From Eledone cirrhosa (lineage: Eukaryota), in the NCBI GenBank assembly GCA_964016885.1, contig OZ024745.1:100688001-100752000 (forward strand): a DNA stretch of 64,000 nt, given 5' to 3'. The notes beneath the pieces are model-generated. The model was not told where the DNA came from, searched no databases, and saw nothing but the letters and a program-made list of their open reading frames with translations. Positions 28,462-42,840 of the stretch are shown here, piece by piece. The translations under genes were made by a program, and so were the position numbers. Within the stretch, counting starts at the first letter, position 1. The number at the start of each line of letters is the position of its first letter.

Positions 28462-28884
28462 TAATAATTTCTGGTTTAGGAGCAAGGTCATTAATTGTTG
28501 GGGAGGGGAAAAATTGATTTACTCGATCCAGTTCGTTACTGGTACTTTATTTTATCGACCCCGTAAAGATGAAAGGCAAAGCTAAGTTCGGCGGGATTTG
28601 AACTCAGAACGTAAAGAATCGTAAGTATACAGTGCCAATCCACCGCCCTAAAGCAAGATATGATAATGGTTTCTGATTTAGGCACAAGGCCAGCAATTTG
28701 GGGGGAGAGGGAACGTCGTTTAAATCGACCTCAGTGCGTTACTGGTACTTCATTTTATCGACCGCGTAAGCAGCAAAGGCAAAACTAACCTCGGCGGAAT
28801 TTGAACTCAGACCGTAAAGGGTCGTAATTCTATAGTGCCAAGCATATTGTCCGGTGCTGTACCTATACTGTCAATCCACCAGCC
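28462..28884 (-). mobile_element. Two tandem SINE copies (about 28462-28650 and 28663-28884)
   Basis: Both show reverse-complement head, B box and core. aaagcaaga(c/t)atgataat precedes each. Confidence 0.85.
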
Positions 28885-29326
28885 TATGATAATAACAGTA
28901 AATATAAGACAATTGAACTGGTCCTAAATACTGCTTTGGTTTAATCATTTGGCGTGGAATAGTAAAGTTGGTTGAGAGATAAGAAAATGTTTTGACACAT
29001 AGTTACCAGAAGGGATTACTCGTATTATTAATGTCGTTGAAAAATATCAGGAAGTAAGATTAGCAATTGAAATATATGTAATGTGGCGGATGCAAAAGTT
29101 CCTTGAAATTGTTATCATATTTCCTTTGGGATCCACGTATCGAAATGACAGGAAAGCTCTAAAGAAGCAACCATGCGCGAAACTTTCTGACAATATCTAA
29201 TCTAAAAAACTGCGAGGAATCGGTTAGGAAAAAAGAAAAAAAAAACGTCTTAAAAATAAAGAAACATACACACACACACGCGCGGCCGTGTATATATATA
29301 TATACATCTATGTATATATATATACA

Positions 29327-29423
<97 letters not shown>

Positions 29424-29448
29424 GTATATATATATATATATATGTATA

Positions 29449-29510
<62 letters not shown>

Positions 29511-29530
29511 ATATATAAATATATATATAT

Positions 29531-30238
<708 letters not shown>

Positions 30239-30274
30239 CATATATATATATATTTATATATATATATATATATA

Positions 30275-32521
30275 CCGAAAATAATTAACATTTCAAATAC
30301 AAACCTCTCAGCCCAACAAGTAAAAATTCTCTCCAAAGGTCTGAAATTCACACCAACACCACAATACCCTAACCCCAACGAGATAAATGACGATATCTCA
30401 CACTTCTGTAGAAAATTACGTCTCACAGAGGAATTCTTTGACAAGGAGAATAACGACGAATCAATTGTACGGACTAAAAGCAGCTACAACCCAACAAAAG
30501 GTAGAAACAGAGTTCTGGACAAATTTTGTGACCACATAGCTACCTTCCCATACCATGAACTACCGCAACCTAAACCCAAACCCAACACAAGTCGAAGGGA
30601 ATGGGAGATTATCCATGAACTAAAAAACAATACGGACATTGTAATTAAGGAAGCGGACAAGGGAAGTACTGTTGTCATTATGGAGGCTGAAAAATATAAA
30701 AATTCTATGTTCTCTCTCTTACAAAATACTAATTACTATGAAAGAGTAAAAAACTACCAGCAATCAGAAATAATGACCAAATTAAACACACTGATTTATC
30801 GATACCAGGAAGACCTAACTAAAAAGGAACGCGATTATTTAACAAATTTTGAATACAAAACCAGCAACCTTTACGGACTTCCGAAGATCCACAAATGTAA
30901 AATAATCAACGATGCCTGTAAACAATCCACCTCAGCCTGCTGGAACACACAATACCCCACAGACCTTAAATTAAGACCAATTGTAGCGGGCCCACAATGT
31001 GAAACACACAGATTGAGCAACTTTATAGACATACTACTGAAACCAATACTGAAACACATACCAAGCCTTGTAAGAGACGATCTGGACCTCTTAAACCACC
31101 TCCCCAAACATGTCAACAACGACACTATTATTGTGTCTTTCGATGTAGTGAATCTCTACACAACGATCCCACACCAATACGGACTAGAAGCAATAGGATT
31201 CTGGCTAGAGAAATATCCCAATGAGATACCTGACAGAATAGAAAAAAGCTTCATCATCGAGGGATTAAAATTCATTCTACAGAACAACTTTTTTGATTTT
31301 GATGGCAATACTTACAAGCAAATATCGGGGACTGCGATGGGTACAAAAGCCGCTCCAACTTATGCCAACTTAGTCATGGCGTACTTAGAAGTCCAGATAT
31401 ATGAACAGTCCAAATCAAAATACGGATTGAACTTCCACAAATATTTATCAGAGAATTGGAAACGCTACTTGGATGATTGCCTCATTCTTTGGTCCCACAC
31501 ACTCGACCAACTGAAGGATTTCAAAAACTTAATAAACGGCATCAATAACCACATCCAATTCACAATGGAATACAGCCAAGATCAACTCCCATTTCTGGAC
31601 ATCTTAATCATAAAAAAAGACACAAATATCGAAACTGACATACACTACAAACCAACAGATTCCAAACAATATCTGCTATTCACCTCCAACCATCCAAAGC
31701 ACACGAAGACGAACATTCCTTTTAAACTAGCAAGAAGAATTTGCACAATTGTCTTCAATTATGAAACGCGAAATAAAAGACTTCAAGAATTAAAGGAAAT
31801 TCTACTCGAGAGAGAGTACCCACTATTACTAATAAATAATGGAATAGAAAGGGCTAAAGCAATAGGCATTGATGAATTACGGAAACAGAAACAAATTCAA
31901 GGTACGTCCAATATTCTATCATATATCTCAACACACAACCCAAGAAATGCGGAAGCTTACAACACTATTCACAATAACATCCCACTACTAAAACAAAACC
32001 CAAGAATGAAAAAAGCCCTTGAAACACACAAAATAATCAAAAGCAAAAGACAACCAAAATCACTGAAAACATTACTCACCAATGCCAAATTACCTACCAC
32101 AAACCCACAACCAAGTATCAAAAAATGTAGTCGCTCTAATTGTGGAACCTGCACTCACCTCATTGAAGGCAACACGTATACATTTAAATCAGGACAAAAT
32201 TTTACTGTAAAAAATCACTTCACTTGCTCATCAAAAAATCTAATTTATGCCATTAAATGTAAAAGATGCAATGAAGATTATATAGGACAAACCAAACTCA
32301 CACTCAGAAACAGAATGACAGTTCATCGCCAACAATTACGAGATCCAACCACGAGACAGATACCACTAAGTGCACATATAGACATTTGCGCAAGTAATAA
32401 GACACCCAAATTCCAAGTCTTCCCATTTTACCTTTGCGCTAACAATACAACAGAACAAATGCGAATAAATAAGGAAAATATGTTTATTCAAAAATATAGA
32501 CCAACATTAAATAAGGTTTAA
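30275..32521 (+). CDS. PLE reverse transcriptase / GIY-YIG endonuclease (open frame extends 135 codons upstream of the ATG at 30680)
   Basis: LSKGLKF and ADKG N-terminal motifs, [42 protein letters not shown], Cys linker CSRSNCGTC, and [15 protein letters not shown]. Confidence 0.93.
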   Translation, partial: PKIINISNTNLSAQQVKILSKGLKFTPTPQYPNPNEINDDISHFCRKLRLTEEFFDKENNDESIVRTKSSYNPTKGRNRVLDKFCDHIATFPYHELPQPKPKPNTSRREWEIIHELKNNTDIVIKEADKGSTVVIMEAEKYKNSMFSLLQNTNYYERVKNYQQSEIMTKLNTLIYRYQEDLTKKERDYLTNFEYKTSNLYGLPKIHKCKIINDACKQSTSACWNTQYPTDLKLRPIVAGPQCETHRLSNFIDILLKPILKHIPSLVRDDLDLLNHLPKHVNNDTIIVSFDVVNLYTTIPHQYGLEAIGFWLEKYPNEIPDRIEKSFIIEGLKFILQNNFFDFDGNTYKQISGTAMGTKAAPTYANLVMAYLEVQIYEQSKSKYGLNFHKYLSENWKRYLDDCLILWSHTLDQLKDFKNLINGINNHIQFTMEYSQDQLPFLDILIIKKDTNIETDIHYKPTDSKQYLLFTSNHPKHTKTNIPFKLARRICTIVFNYETRNKRLQELKEILLEREYPLLLINNGIERAKAIGIDELRKQKQIQGTSNILSYISTHNPRNAEAYNTIHNNIPLLKQNPRMKKALETHKIIKSKRQPKSLKTLLTNAKLPTTNPQPSIKKCSRSNCGTCTHLIEGNTYTFKSGQNFTVKNHFTCSSKNLIYAIKCKRCNEDYIGQTKLTLRNRMTVHRQQLRDPTTRQIPLSAHIDICASNKTPKFQVFPFYLCANNTTEQMRINKENMFIQKYRPTLNKV

Positions 32522-33007
32522 TATACATTATGTCAACACCACAATATGACATACACACACACACATAACACCTTCTACTTACTTTAGAAAATAAAAGCCC
32601 GAACTAAATAAACCTTAACATACGTTTGCACTGGCAATACAACAGCAAACACGAAAAAGTAAGGAAAATATGTTCATTCAAAAATATTCCTACTAAAGGA
32701 ATCACTTTCCTACACACACACATACACACACACACACAATATATATATATATATATTCTCTTCATCTTAACATGCTAACCATACTCCCACACACATAACA
32801 CCCATACACACACATAACAACCCCCACACCTACAACTCCCTCCCCATTTCTACTAATAGAACCACTTTCCTACACACACATATATATATACACACACACA
32901 AAATATATATTCTCTCCATCTTAACAAACTCGCACACACACACATAACACCCATATACACACACACACAACTCCCTCCCCCATCTCTACTAATAGAATCA
33001 TCTTCCA

Positions 33008-33084
<77 letters not shown>

Positions 33085-33597
33085 ACACAAGCACACAAAT
33101 AAACATACATATTTTCACTTCAATAGAAAATCTGAACTCTGACACCCCGGCGAGCTGGCCATATTCACCGAACCAGAACAATTCTCCCAATCCCTTTTCT
33201 CTTGACCACTATCTCTCCATTGTCATAACATTCACTATAAAGACTACAGAATAGTTTTCCAAATAAGGGCGCAAAAATGTAATGAAAACTTGTTCACGTG
33301 ACAGCCAGATTTCATTTATAACCAACCAAAAAAAAGCCTTCGTGAGCCTCCTTTTTTTCAAGTAAAAAGAAATTCAAACACTCATATATGAAAAAACAAC
33401 CTGTGACAACCCCCCCTCTCTTATTTGAAGAACTATTGTAACGCGAACTGGCGCGAAATTTATTATAATTATTGACAAACCAATCAATTTACTTCTCGAA
33501 AAACCTGGCATTTCGAGCCACTTTTTCCATATAAAACAAGTAACATTCAGAGACCAACCAGATGTGAGAAAAACCACAGACCCTCCATCTCAACTCA

Positions 33598-33635
33598 CCT
33601 TTTGAAAAGCAGAAGAACTGCGAAACCGGTAAAGG
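33598..33635 (+). ncRNA. Minimal type I hammerhead, U3-A8 variant
   Basis: cctt-TTGAAAA-gcagaagaactgc-GAAA-ccgg-TA-aagg. Identical at 26117-26154. Confidence 0.78.
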
Positions 33636-33767
33636 AACCAAATAAATATATATATATTTAAAAAAAAATAAGACTCCAGTTGCATTTTCGATTTCATCTC
33701 TTTTTCTTTATACTTTCACTCGTGTAGGACACCTCGGTTATGTTTCATGTTGTAAAAAAAACCTCAC

Positions 33768-33819
<52 letters not shown>

Positions 33820-33898
33820 TTTATATATTTATATATATACACATATATATATATATATATTTATATAAATATATATATATACAGATATATATATATTT

Positions 33899-33929
<31 letters not shown>

Positions 33930-33967
33930 GATATATATATACATATACATACATATATATTTATATA

Positions 33968-33999
<32 letters not shown>

Positions 34000-34193
34000 C
34001 ACCTTATGTAGAGAACAAAACGTTGAATAATGCTACTAATGTTAGTGGTAGTATCAACACGTATATAATAAACAGCTATTATCTGCGACCTGATTTTGCG
34101 TTTGTGTTATTTTAACGGCTTGACCGCATGCGTTGGGCAGGAAGCGAAATATTTAGTTGCTGTAGGGCTGGCAACCTTATAGTATGGAAATAA

Positions 34194-34273
34194 GCTGTCT
34201 GAAGATCCATTTCTTTCCATTGGAAATTCTCTGGATTTCCAATTTTTGGAATGGTGAAACCGTCGGTAACAGC
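34194..34273 (+). ncRNA. Type I hammerhead ribozyme motif
   Basis: gctgt-CTGAAGA-tccatt...ttggaaattctctggatttccaa...aatggt-GAAA-ccgtcgg-TA-acagc. Confidence 0.85.
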
Positions 34274-34652
34274 AATAGAACAGGTGATTATTTAAATCGT
34301 ATTTTAATTTATTTAGAGAATTGTTTGATAACCGCTTGCTCCGCTTTTTTATATTGTTCTGGTATCTCAAATTAGTACCATAGAACCACAATTATTATAA
34401 ACACCTTGCATTTTTCTACAAGTACTTAGTGCCTGTTGAAGTATTCACCCACTTTTATAATTTTTCTTAGAGAACAAAACGTTGAATAATGCTACTAATT
34501 TTAGTGGCAGTATCAACACGTTCATAATAAACAGCTATTATCTGCGACCTGATTTTGGGTGTGTGTCATTTTAACGGCTTGACCGCATGCGTTGGGCAGG
34601 AAGCGAAATATTTACTTGCTGTAGGGCTGGCAACCTTATAGTATGGAAATAA

Positions 34653-34732
34653 GCTGTCTGAAGATCTATTTCTTTCCATTGGAAATTCTCTGGATTTCCA
34701 ATTTTTGGAATGGTGAAACCGTCGGTAACAGC
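34653..34732 (+). ncRNA. Type I hammerhead ribozyme motif (second unit)
   Basis: Same as 34194-34273, with one stem II substitution (tctatt). Confidence 0.8.
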
Positions 34733-34947
34733 AATAGAACAGGTGATTATTTAAATCGTATTTTAATTTATTTAGAGAATTGTTTGATAACCGCTTGCCC
34801 CGCTCTTTTTATATGTTCTGGTATCTCAAATTAGTACCATCGAACCACAATTATTATAAACACCTTGCATATTTCTACAAGTACTTAGTGCCTGTTGAAG
34901 TATTCATCCACTTTTATATATATATTTATATATATATATATATGTAT

Positions 34948-36155
34948 ATATTGTTATACTTGGGGAGGGTCATATTTGTCTAATATTGCCAGAATTAATA
35001 ACAGAACACACTCACTGTTTGGTTGGTTTTCGCTTTTCGCTTCTGTGTCTTTTATATCGGTAATCTAATTTATTCGGTCCTCAATGTTGCCATTGACTGA
35101 CCAAGGGTCAAAAGTAATACAGATACATATAGACACAAACACATATATATAGTTTGTCAAAGTTCTTTCTTTGCACATCTGCAACATCGTCAGTGGTGCT
35201 ATTGTTTCCTCCCGTTAAATTGTATTTTCTACGCCATCTTTATTTAGTCTGTTTATATATTTATTTATTTGTTTATTTTATTTTGTCTTCTTTGCGCATG
35301 CGTTTGCGTATGTGTATAGTGTTTTGTTTGATGTGTGTTCGTGATTGGGTGACTGTGTATTGGTTAATGTATTCTATCTGTACTAGTGTGTGTTTATATG
35401 TGTTTGTTGTTATTGTGCTTGTGTATGTATTTATTTATTTATTTATACTTCACTTAGGTCAGTGTTGTTTGTTTGGGTGTTGTTGTTATTCCATTCATTC
35501 TTTCTGTTTAGCCTTGGCCTTCTACGTTGTATTTCACTGGCCTCTCTGATTTGCCTATCTGCTGGGTCGTTTCTATGTTTAGATATTATTCTAATTTCTA
35601 TGTTGTCTATGTTACCATTGTGTTGTTGTCTGGCATGTTCGTATAGTACTGAACCGTTTTTTCGTCCTTTTAGTTCCCTCCAGTGTTGGTCTATCCTTTC
35701 ACCTATGCGACGAGCTGTCTCGCCTATGTATGTTGTTGTCATGTTTCTGCAAGTACCCTCTGTACACCTTATGCTATAGACTACGCTTCTAGTTTTACCG
35801 TTTATCCGGGGGTTTACTTTACATATGATACATTTCCTATTAGTACAGTGGGTTTTCTTTAAAGGGTAGGTTGACGATGTTGCAGATGTGCACCGAAAGA
35901 ACTTTGATAAACTATATATATGTGTTTGTGTCTATATTGTATCTGTACTACTTTTGACCATTGGTCTATCAATGGCAACATTGAGGACCGAATATATTAG
36001 ATTACCGATATAAAAGACACAGAAGCGAAAAGCGAAAACCAACCAAACAGTGAGTGTATTCTGTTATTAATTCTGGCAATATTACACAAATATGACCCTC
36101 CCCAAGTATAACAATATTTGTTTCGACACACGATTTCATATCAAAAACCTCGCAA

Positions 36156-36158
<3 letters not shown>
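34948..36158 (-). mobile_element. Truncated PLE (GIY-YIG fragment) between inverted pLTRs
   Basis: Inverted arms 34948-35192 and 35872-36117. Minus frame about 35868-35443 reads CTNRKCIIC..VVYSIRC..TYIGETARRIGER..QH. HHR-like CTGACGA-tgttgcagatgtgcaaa-GAAA at about 35157-35196 (-) with weak stem I. Confidence 0.88.
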
Positions 36159-36241
<83 letters not shown>

Positions 36242-36476
36242 GAAAGTTATAGAAAACATTGCAGCGAAAAGCCAACAGCATTTCATAATATATATATATA
36301 TGTATATGTATATATATATGTATGTATATATACATATATATATATATAAATATATATATATATGTATATATATGTATGTATGTGTATATATATATGTATA
36401 TATATATACATAATATATATATATATATATATATACATAAATATATATATATATACACATACACATATATATATAT

Positions 36477-36560
<84 letters not shown>

Positions 36561-36617
36561 TATACATATATATACATATAATATATATATACATATATAT
36601 GTGTGTCTGTATGTGTG

Positions 36618-36767
36618 TGCAGTTGCATAATGTGTAACCTTCTGTTTCCGATGGTTCCTGAACTTAAGCACTCGCTGCTATCTCATGGATAGGCTACTGA
36701 AGCAGGTCACGTGCTCGTGTGGTCGCCTGCCTCGGTATCCGTAACAATCAAAGTTTAATAACAATAA
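36618..36767 (-). repeat. Dispersed ~150-bp repeat (second copy 63574-63720 +), PLE-tail-like
   Basis: Reverse-complement match between the two loci. Both end in CA/TA microsatellite. Confidence 0.8.
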
Positions 36768-36859
36768 TGGTTTCTGATTTAGGAACAAGGCCAACAATTT
36801 TGGAGGAAAGCATGTTGTCCGACGCTCTACAAATACTCGCCAATAAAAGAAATCGTGGT

Positions 36860-37345
36860 ACCAACACGTGAGATGATAAATGAGATCGATACTGAAGACG
36901 GATATGGGTATGTTGGTGTTCTGGAAGCAAATAACATCAAGGACAATAAAATGAAGGAAATGATAAGATCTGAATACATAAGGAGAGTAAGGAACATACT
37001 GAAATTACATCTGAATAATAGAAATGCCACAAGAGCAGTAAATCCCCGAGTTGTGTCTATTATTAGGTACAGTGTGGGAATTCTTAAATGGAATTTAAAC
37101 GAGCAAAAGGAGCTGGATAGAAAAACAAGGAAATTAATGACTACCTACAGTATGTTTAATAAGAAAGGTGATTTTGACAGACTGTATTTAAGAAGGTGGA
37201 AGAGGTCTTAGAAGCGTGGAGGACTGCGTTAAGCTGCAGAAGAGCTATTTATACAAATATGTATCTGAGAGTAATGAGCCTATGCTAAACGGTGTATTGA
37301 AGGAGGAGACAATAGATCAGGGAATGTCCATGAAAGAAGTAACAA
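36860..37345 (+). mobile_element. R4/Dong-clade non-LTR retrotransposon fragment
   Basis: YGYVGVLEA..EYIRRVRNILK.LN..N..RAVN..IIRYS.GIL.W...ELDRKTRKLMT..DRLYL.R..GRGL thumb-region motifs, with a frameshift. Confidence 0.8.
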
Positions 37346-37391
37346 ACACATTTTTACCAAAACAATCTCTTCGGACCGTATACATATATAG

Positions 37392-37468
<77 letters not shown>

Positions 37469-37472
37469 CACG

Positions 37473-37544
<72 letters not shown>

Positions 37545-37559
37545 CATCCATATATACAT

Positions 37560-37619
<60 letters not shown>

Positions 37620-37663
37620 CAAGGATATTAAATAAATGTAAACTATATTTATAAAACCATATT

Positions 37664-37725
37664 TATTCTATTATATATATTTCAAGGCTACCAAAAATGT
37701 TGGTGCGCTATCATCAGATAAAATA
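37664..37725 (-). ncRNA. Type I hammerhead ribozyme motif
   Basis: Minus strand: tattttat-CTGATGA-tagcgcaccaacatttttggtagcctt-GAAA-tatata-TA-atagaata. Confidence 0.78.
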
Positions 37726-38468
37726 CAAAATGTTTTATAAATATTTGACATGACCAAGGATAATATACCTTAACGGTTCAAGTTATTCCTGTAAAGTGAA
37801 GGGAAGAGAAAAGAAAAGTCAGATATTTAAAATTATTAATATGATTATGCAAATGATGTGTATATTAAAGGTTGTGTTTAGGACTGTAAATTTTCCCTAA
37901 ATTAACGTTCAAGCGGTCTTCCTTTTCTTTCTTCTTTAACAATTTTAGTTTGATAATTGATATAGCTTCGTTAAATTAACAATATTCTGAAAACATTCTC
38001 AATGTTGAACATTTTTGAATCCACACATTATTCTAATCGCACAAGTTGAAAATAAAATTTTCTACATCCTTCGTAACTCATATTTGTTTATATAAACAAT
38101 CAATGCATAAGCAACTTATTAATATATAGAGAGATATTTATATCTATCCAAATGTAATAAGATAAAATTACTTACACCATAATTCTTCATATAATTTTAT
38201 AACTCATAATATAGGTAACAAAAATCTTTTCCCCCAAATTAACGTTATTTTTTTCTCTTTCTCTTCCTTATCATAAATATTTAAATTTTCCATAGCGTCT
38301 AAAATAACGTTTTCTCATCCCTTTAATATACACATCATTTGCATACTCATATTAATAATTTTAAATGTCTGACTTTTCTTTTTCTCTCTTCCCTTCACTT
38401 TCCAGGAATAACTTGAACCGTTAAGGTATATTATCCTTGGTCATTTCAAATATTTATAAAACATTTTG

Positions 38469-38530
38469 TATTTTATCTGATGATAGCGTACCAAAATTTT
38501 TGGTAGCCTTGAAATATATATAATAGAATA
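38469..38530 (+). ncRNA. Type I hammerhead ribozyme motif
   Basis: tattttat-CTGATGA-tagcgtaccaaaatttttggtagcctt-GAAA-tatata-TA-atagaata. Confidence 0.8.
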
Positions 38531-38752
38531 AATATGGTTTTATAAATATAGTTTCCATTTATTTAATATCATTGAATACTTACTCCAGAAAACTGTCGAG
38601 TGCTCTGAATCAGTTGTAAACATCTATATGTGTTGGATTTCCAACAAATTAAATATCTCTTCTACACATATATACATATATATATATAAAATATAAAAAA
38701 AAATAATGAATAAAACAATGAAACAGTTCCTTATATTAAACAAAAAAAGTTC

Positions 38753-38900
38753 ATTATTTAACGATCGTTTCTAGGATATATATGTGTTAGAATTGGCATG
38801 TATATTCAACAGATCTATGTACAAAATTATACAAAATTATACAAACTATCAAAATTAAATATACATACCAACACATATATATGCCGTCTTCAGAAATAAT
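38753..38900 (-). ncRNA. Type I hammerhead with long stem II, inside fold-back insert 38685-39095
   Basis: Minus strand: attattt-CTGAAGA-cggc atatatatgtgttgg...ctaacacatatatat ccta-GAAA-cgatcg-TT-aaataat. Confidence 0.78.
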
Positions 38901-39094
38901 TATTTTTGTTTAATATAAGGAACTGTTTCATTGTTTTATTCATTATTTTTTTTTATATTTTATCTTGACTCTGTATTCCGTTTATCTTTCACCGAAAGTG
39001 ATTTTTCATTGCATCTCTTCTGTCCATGATATCCGGATTACATTGAGTTCTTCATACGGATTGGACACTACCGTAAACTCTTGGTAGATTTATC

Positions 39095-39232
<138 letters not shown>

Positions 39233-39713
39233 CATAACAAAAAACAAACAAAAAAAGACGGTGAAATATTTCGTAACTCTTCAGAAAATGTAAACAGTAA
39301 CAACTGTGATAGACGTCATAATCTTGTTCCTCTTGATCACATGTTATCCTTTATTCCTTTCTTTCATAAGCTGAAATAAGCTAAACTGTGAAACACAAGG
39401 TATGTTTACTTACACAAAATAGATTATATCAGATACCGGGTGGTAAGAGGTATAATTTAATAATCACCTCTTTCTGTACGTCATACAATGCATCATCATG
39501 ACCATTCTGATGCTTAAGTAACGGAGGGTGTGTGCGATAAGTCGATCCTCCTTACTAGAATGGATTTGAGGTTCTACACCTGAATACCTTATAAGTAAAA
39601 TAGTTATGTAAACCACTAAACAGTTCATGTTTATCTATAATATACATACAAGAATCTCGTTATAAATCTTTCATTCTGTGATTATGCCACAGCTATCTCA
39701 GTAGCCGTGTTAT

Positions 39714-39760
39714 AACGTCAGACTCGTGTTTCTGGATGTTTATCCATCATCGATGACGTT
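39714..39760 (-). ncRNA. Degenerate hammerhead (inverted partner 40086-40125 +)
   Basis: aacgtca-TCGATGA-tggataaacatcca-GAAA-cacgag-TC-tgacgtt. The partner keeps CTGATGA but has GAAC. Confidence 0.6.
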
Positions 39761-40365
39761 TATTCATTTCGTACTGTATATAAACTATAGGTTATATACC
39801 TCTTTGCGCATGGAACACCAGCTACAGATGTTCATTTGCATACAGTGAAAATTTATCGGTTAGGATTAATTAGTACTAGTACTAACATAACGTGGTTTAG
39901 AATAAAGATGTATATGAAGAGATATGAAATATTTTATGTATAATAAACATGCATTAGTCTCGCTATAAATATTTTAAAATGTGATCATGTCATTATATGC
40001 AACTGAGCTTCTTTAGCCGAAGTTTCATACGCAAAGAAGTATATCAGCTATAGCTTATTTTTGTCTTAGTACCAAGTCAATAAAGGTCACTGATGATGGA
40101 TAAAAACCCAGAACGCATGCTTGACGTTCTCAAACGGCTATGAAGGTTACTGTGACATGATTTCACACTTTAAATATTCATAGTGAGACTAGAAATATAT
40201 CGTGTATGTCTTCATATGAATTATGGTCATGAATCTTGGGTAATGATTGGAAGAATTCAATCGCGAATACAAGAGGCCGAAATGGAGTTCCTCTGAAGGG
40301 TCAAACGTACCACGATAGAGTGCGTAATTCGGAGATCAGAGAGTCACTCCATGATGGTGATGACG

Positions 40366-40419
40366 AAGAAGAAGAAGAAGAAGAAGAAGAAGAAGAAGAA
40401 GAAGAAGAAGAAGAAGAAG
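40366..40419. repeat. (GAA)n microsatellite
   Basis: About 18 units, following a short RTE-like remnant (DRVRNSEIR). Confidence 0.9.
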
Positions 40420-40607
40420 ACAATGGAAGTTCTGTTGTCATTATGGTAACAAAACACTGTAAACAATAAACAAAATATGCTACGAGGCAATACATTTTTT
40501 TCTAAATTGAAAAAAAATAGAATAGATGAAGTAAAAGAGAGAGGAGGTGAGATAAAAGAGACAAGAATAAAGGGATGAATGTTGAAGAAGAAGAAAGAAA
40601 AGGAAGC

Positions 40608-40905
40608 GACACTTTCTCCTGCCGCAACCTGGTGCAGTCTGCGACTAACCCAGGTTCTGCTGCACTTCGGGCTAATGAGGCCAAAATCTCCAAGTACTGG
40701 TTGCTCTTAGACAGGTTTGCGGTCGTGCCCTTGACAGTTGAGACTTCTGGTGTCCTTGGTCCTAGGGGTTATCTCCCTAATCATCACCATAGGGTGCTGA
40801 GCTGGCCAGCCGCAGGTGTGAGCCTCGCGAGATGGAACGGCTCTTCCAGCGCATCATCCCCTACAATCCTTCTGGGAAACCCCTTCTCCATTTTGTCCAC
40901 CGGGG
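40608..40905 (+). mobile_element. CRE-clade non-LTR restriction-like endonuclease C-terminal fragment
   Basis: DTF...PGSAALRANEAKISKY...FAVVPLTVETSGVLG...LFQRI...GN.FSIL. Confidence 0.7.
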
Positions 40906-41592
40906 CAGTGGGGCGACCAGCACGTGGGACCCCATTTGCTCACCATACAGCAAGATGGGGAGGACGGGAAAGATGGGAGCAATGATGATGAGAGTTCGGC
41001 TCTTCCGTGTTCCGACACATTGCACATGTGAAGAGTGTATTTTCATACTTGTGACATACTTATACTTTCTCTTTCATTTAGTCTAAACTTCTAAGATGTA
41101 CCGATCACATCAACCCCTGTCATAGATAAATTATAACATTTGATGTATTTTCCAAGAGAATTGGTATAGCTACACGTGACAATCGAAACGCCACCGAAAA
41201 CTTTTGTTTCTAGTGGTCGTAACTTTATCATCACATACATCATCATCATAATCATTAGTCCCTTGACTTCTGTAGTCGTCGGGGGGGAACCTACTGCAGA
41301 AGCAGCACACTTAAATTAATCTGTCAACGGGCGGCCGTTAACAAATCTGGTGTCATCCCATACACACGCCATACATACACCCACACATATACACACATAC
41401 ACATATACATAGTTTCGCCAGGTGGTGCTATTAAGTTAGACATGGCCTGGGCCAATACTGGCCAAAACATTTCAAAGTTATTCAAAGTTATACACACATA
41501 CATACACATGCGCATACACACATATACACACATACACATACGTACACACATACACAAACATATATACACACGCGTATACACACACACACATA

Positions 41593-41645
<53 letters not shown>

Positions 41646-42654
41646 CCTCTTTCTCTCTCTCCCTCTCTCTCTCCTCCTCTCTCTCTCTCTCTCTCTCTCT
41701 CTGACTGACACACACACCCACACAAACACAAGCACACGTACACAATAAAGCCCTTATCGCTGAATATTTTGTATATTTGTTTTCAGAAGAGGTAACCATC
41801 AAATACAGAATACTGTAGACACAATAAATGAGAATAGGAAATCAACGGTTTCCTGTTTTCGAGAATAACGTTTCTATCGCTAAATAGGGACCTCTCAATA
41901 AGCCACGTTGACATTATAGTCCATATCTAACGATTATCCTTGACTACAATACAGTATCACTTTAACCATGAAATGTAAATAGTAACACAAACTGTCAGCT
42001 TTATATTGATTGCTTCGTTATGTACAATATTCTTTTCGTAAAATCAAGTTCTATATATCAGCAGTTTTGTACATTGATCTTGAAAAGATAGCAATTTTCT
42101 TGGGGAGATGAGTGTTTATGAAATACTTGGCCATTACCAAGGAATAGAATGAATCGGGTAAATTGATCTGTATATTATTCTAGAATGATTTTTATATAGA
42201 AATATATACTTTCATGTTAAACGCCTTTAGCTGAAATGATTCGCTGTATTAGGTTTGCCTCTTACGAAACAAAATAAGCGGTTTTTATACGGTACGGAAT
42301 ACGGTATAGCAAATGATTTATCCTATTCACTTTTATCAACCTGCAGAGAAGATAAAATAATTACCCACATTAAATCAGAAGGAAAAATAATTAGCTTTGT
42401 ATCCTGTCAAATAGTTTCCATTGTCGTGACTGGTGTGAATAGCAAAGGTGGTTCCTCTTAAAATATACGTAAAACTTATAACAGATCCAAGTGTCACAAA
42501 ACTCACTGAATGCTAAAGGCTGTTTTATGGACATTTCTATTAAACAAGCCAATCTCTCCTTCTCTCTTTCCACTCTGTTTCTTTCTTTCCCTTCCCACCC
42601 CCACTCTCACACACATACACACAACTCTATCTTTTCTATAACACATTATTATAG

Positions 42655-42840
42655 TGGATTGGCAGTATCGGTAGAGGGTCGGACGCCATGCTTTCCAGCA
42701 TAGTTACGTCCCTTTAGGATCTGAGTTCAAATCCCGCCGAGGTTGACTTTGCCTTTCATCCTTACGGGGGTCGATAAAATAAAGTACCAGTAATGCACTG
42801 GGTAATTGCTGGCCTTGTGCCTAAAGTAGAAACAATTATT
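42655..42840 (+). mobile_element. tRNA-derived SINE with TSD
   Basis: Full head and core, flanked by the direct repeat attattatagtg. Confidence 0.9.

Larger units (their letters stand above)
30275..33773 (+). mobile_element. Penelope-like retroelement, Neptune type, 5'-truncated, inserted in (TA)n
   Basis: RT plus C-terminal GIY-YIG frame, long 3' UTR with CA repeats, HHR-bearing terminus, and TA tracts on both sides. Confidence 0.92.
34009..34918 (+). mobile_element. Head-to-tail dimer of a 459-nt non-coding HHR unit (retrozyme-like or tandem pLTR)
   Basis: Units start at 34009 and 34468 and are highly similar. One HHR per unit. TA flanks. Confidence 0.85.
37617..38665 (+). mobile_element. 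PLE 3' fragment with ~255-bp inverted pLTRs and a tail
   Basis: Arms 37617-37870 and about 38325-38577, each with an HHR. Tail of about 85 nt. Possible endonuclease remnant LNIFES near 38005. Confidence 0.8.

Noticed and set aside
41410-41480. Possible Helitron/Helentron-type terminus (cgccaggtggtgcta plus hairpin)
   Set aside because: No second terminus or second copy in the window.
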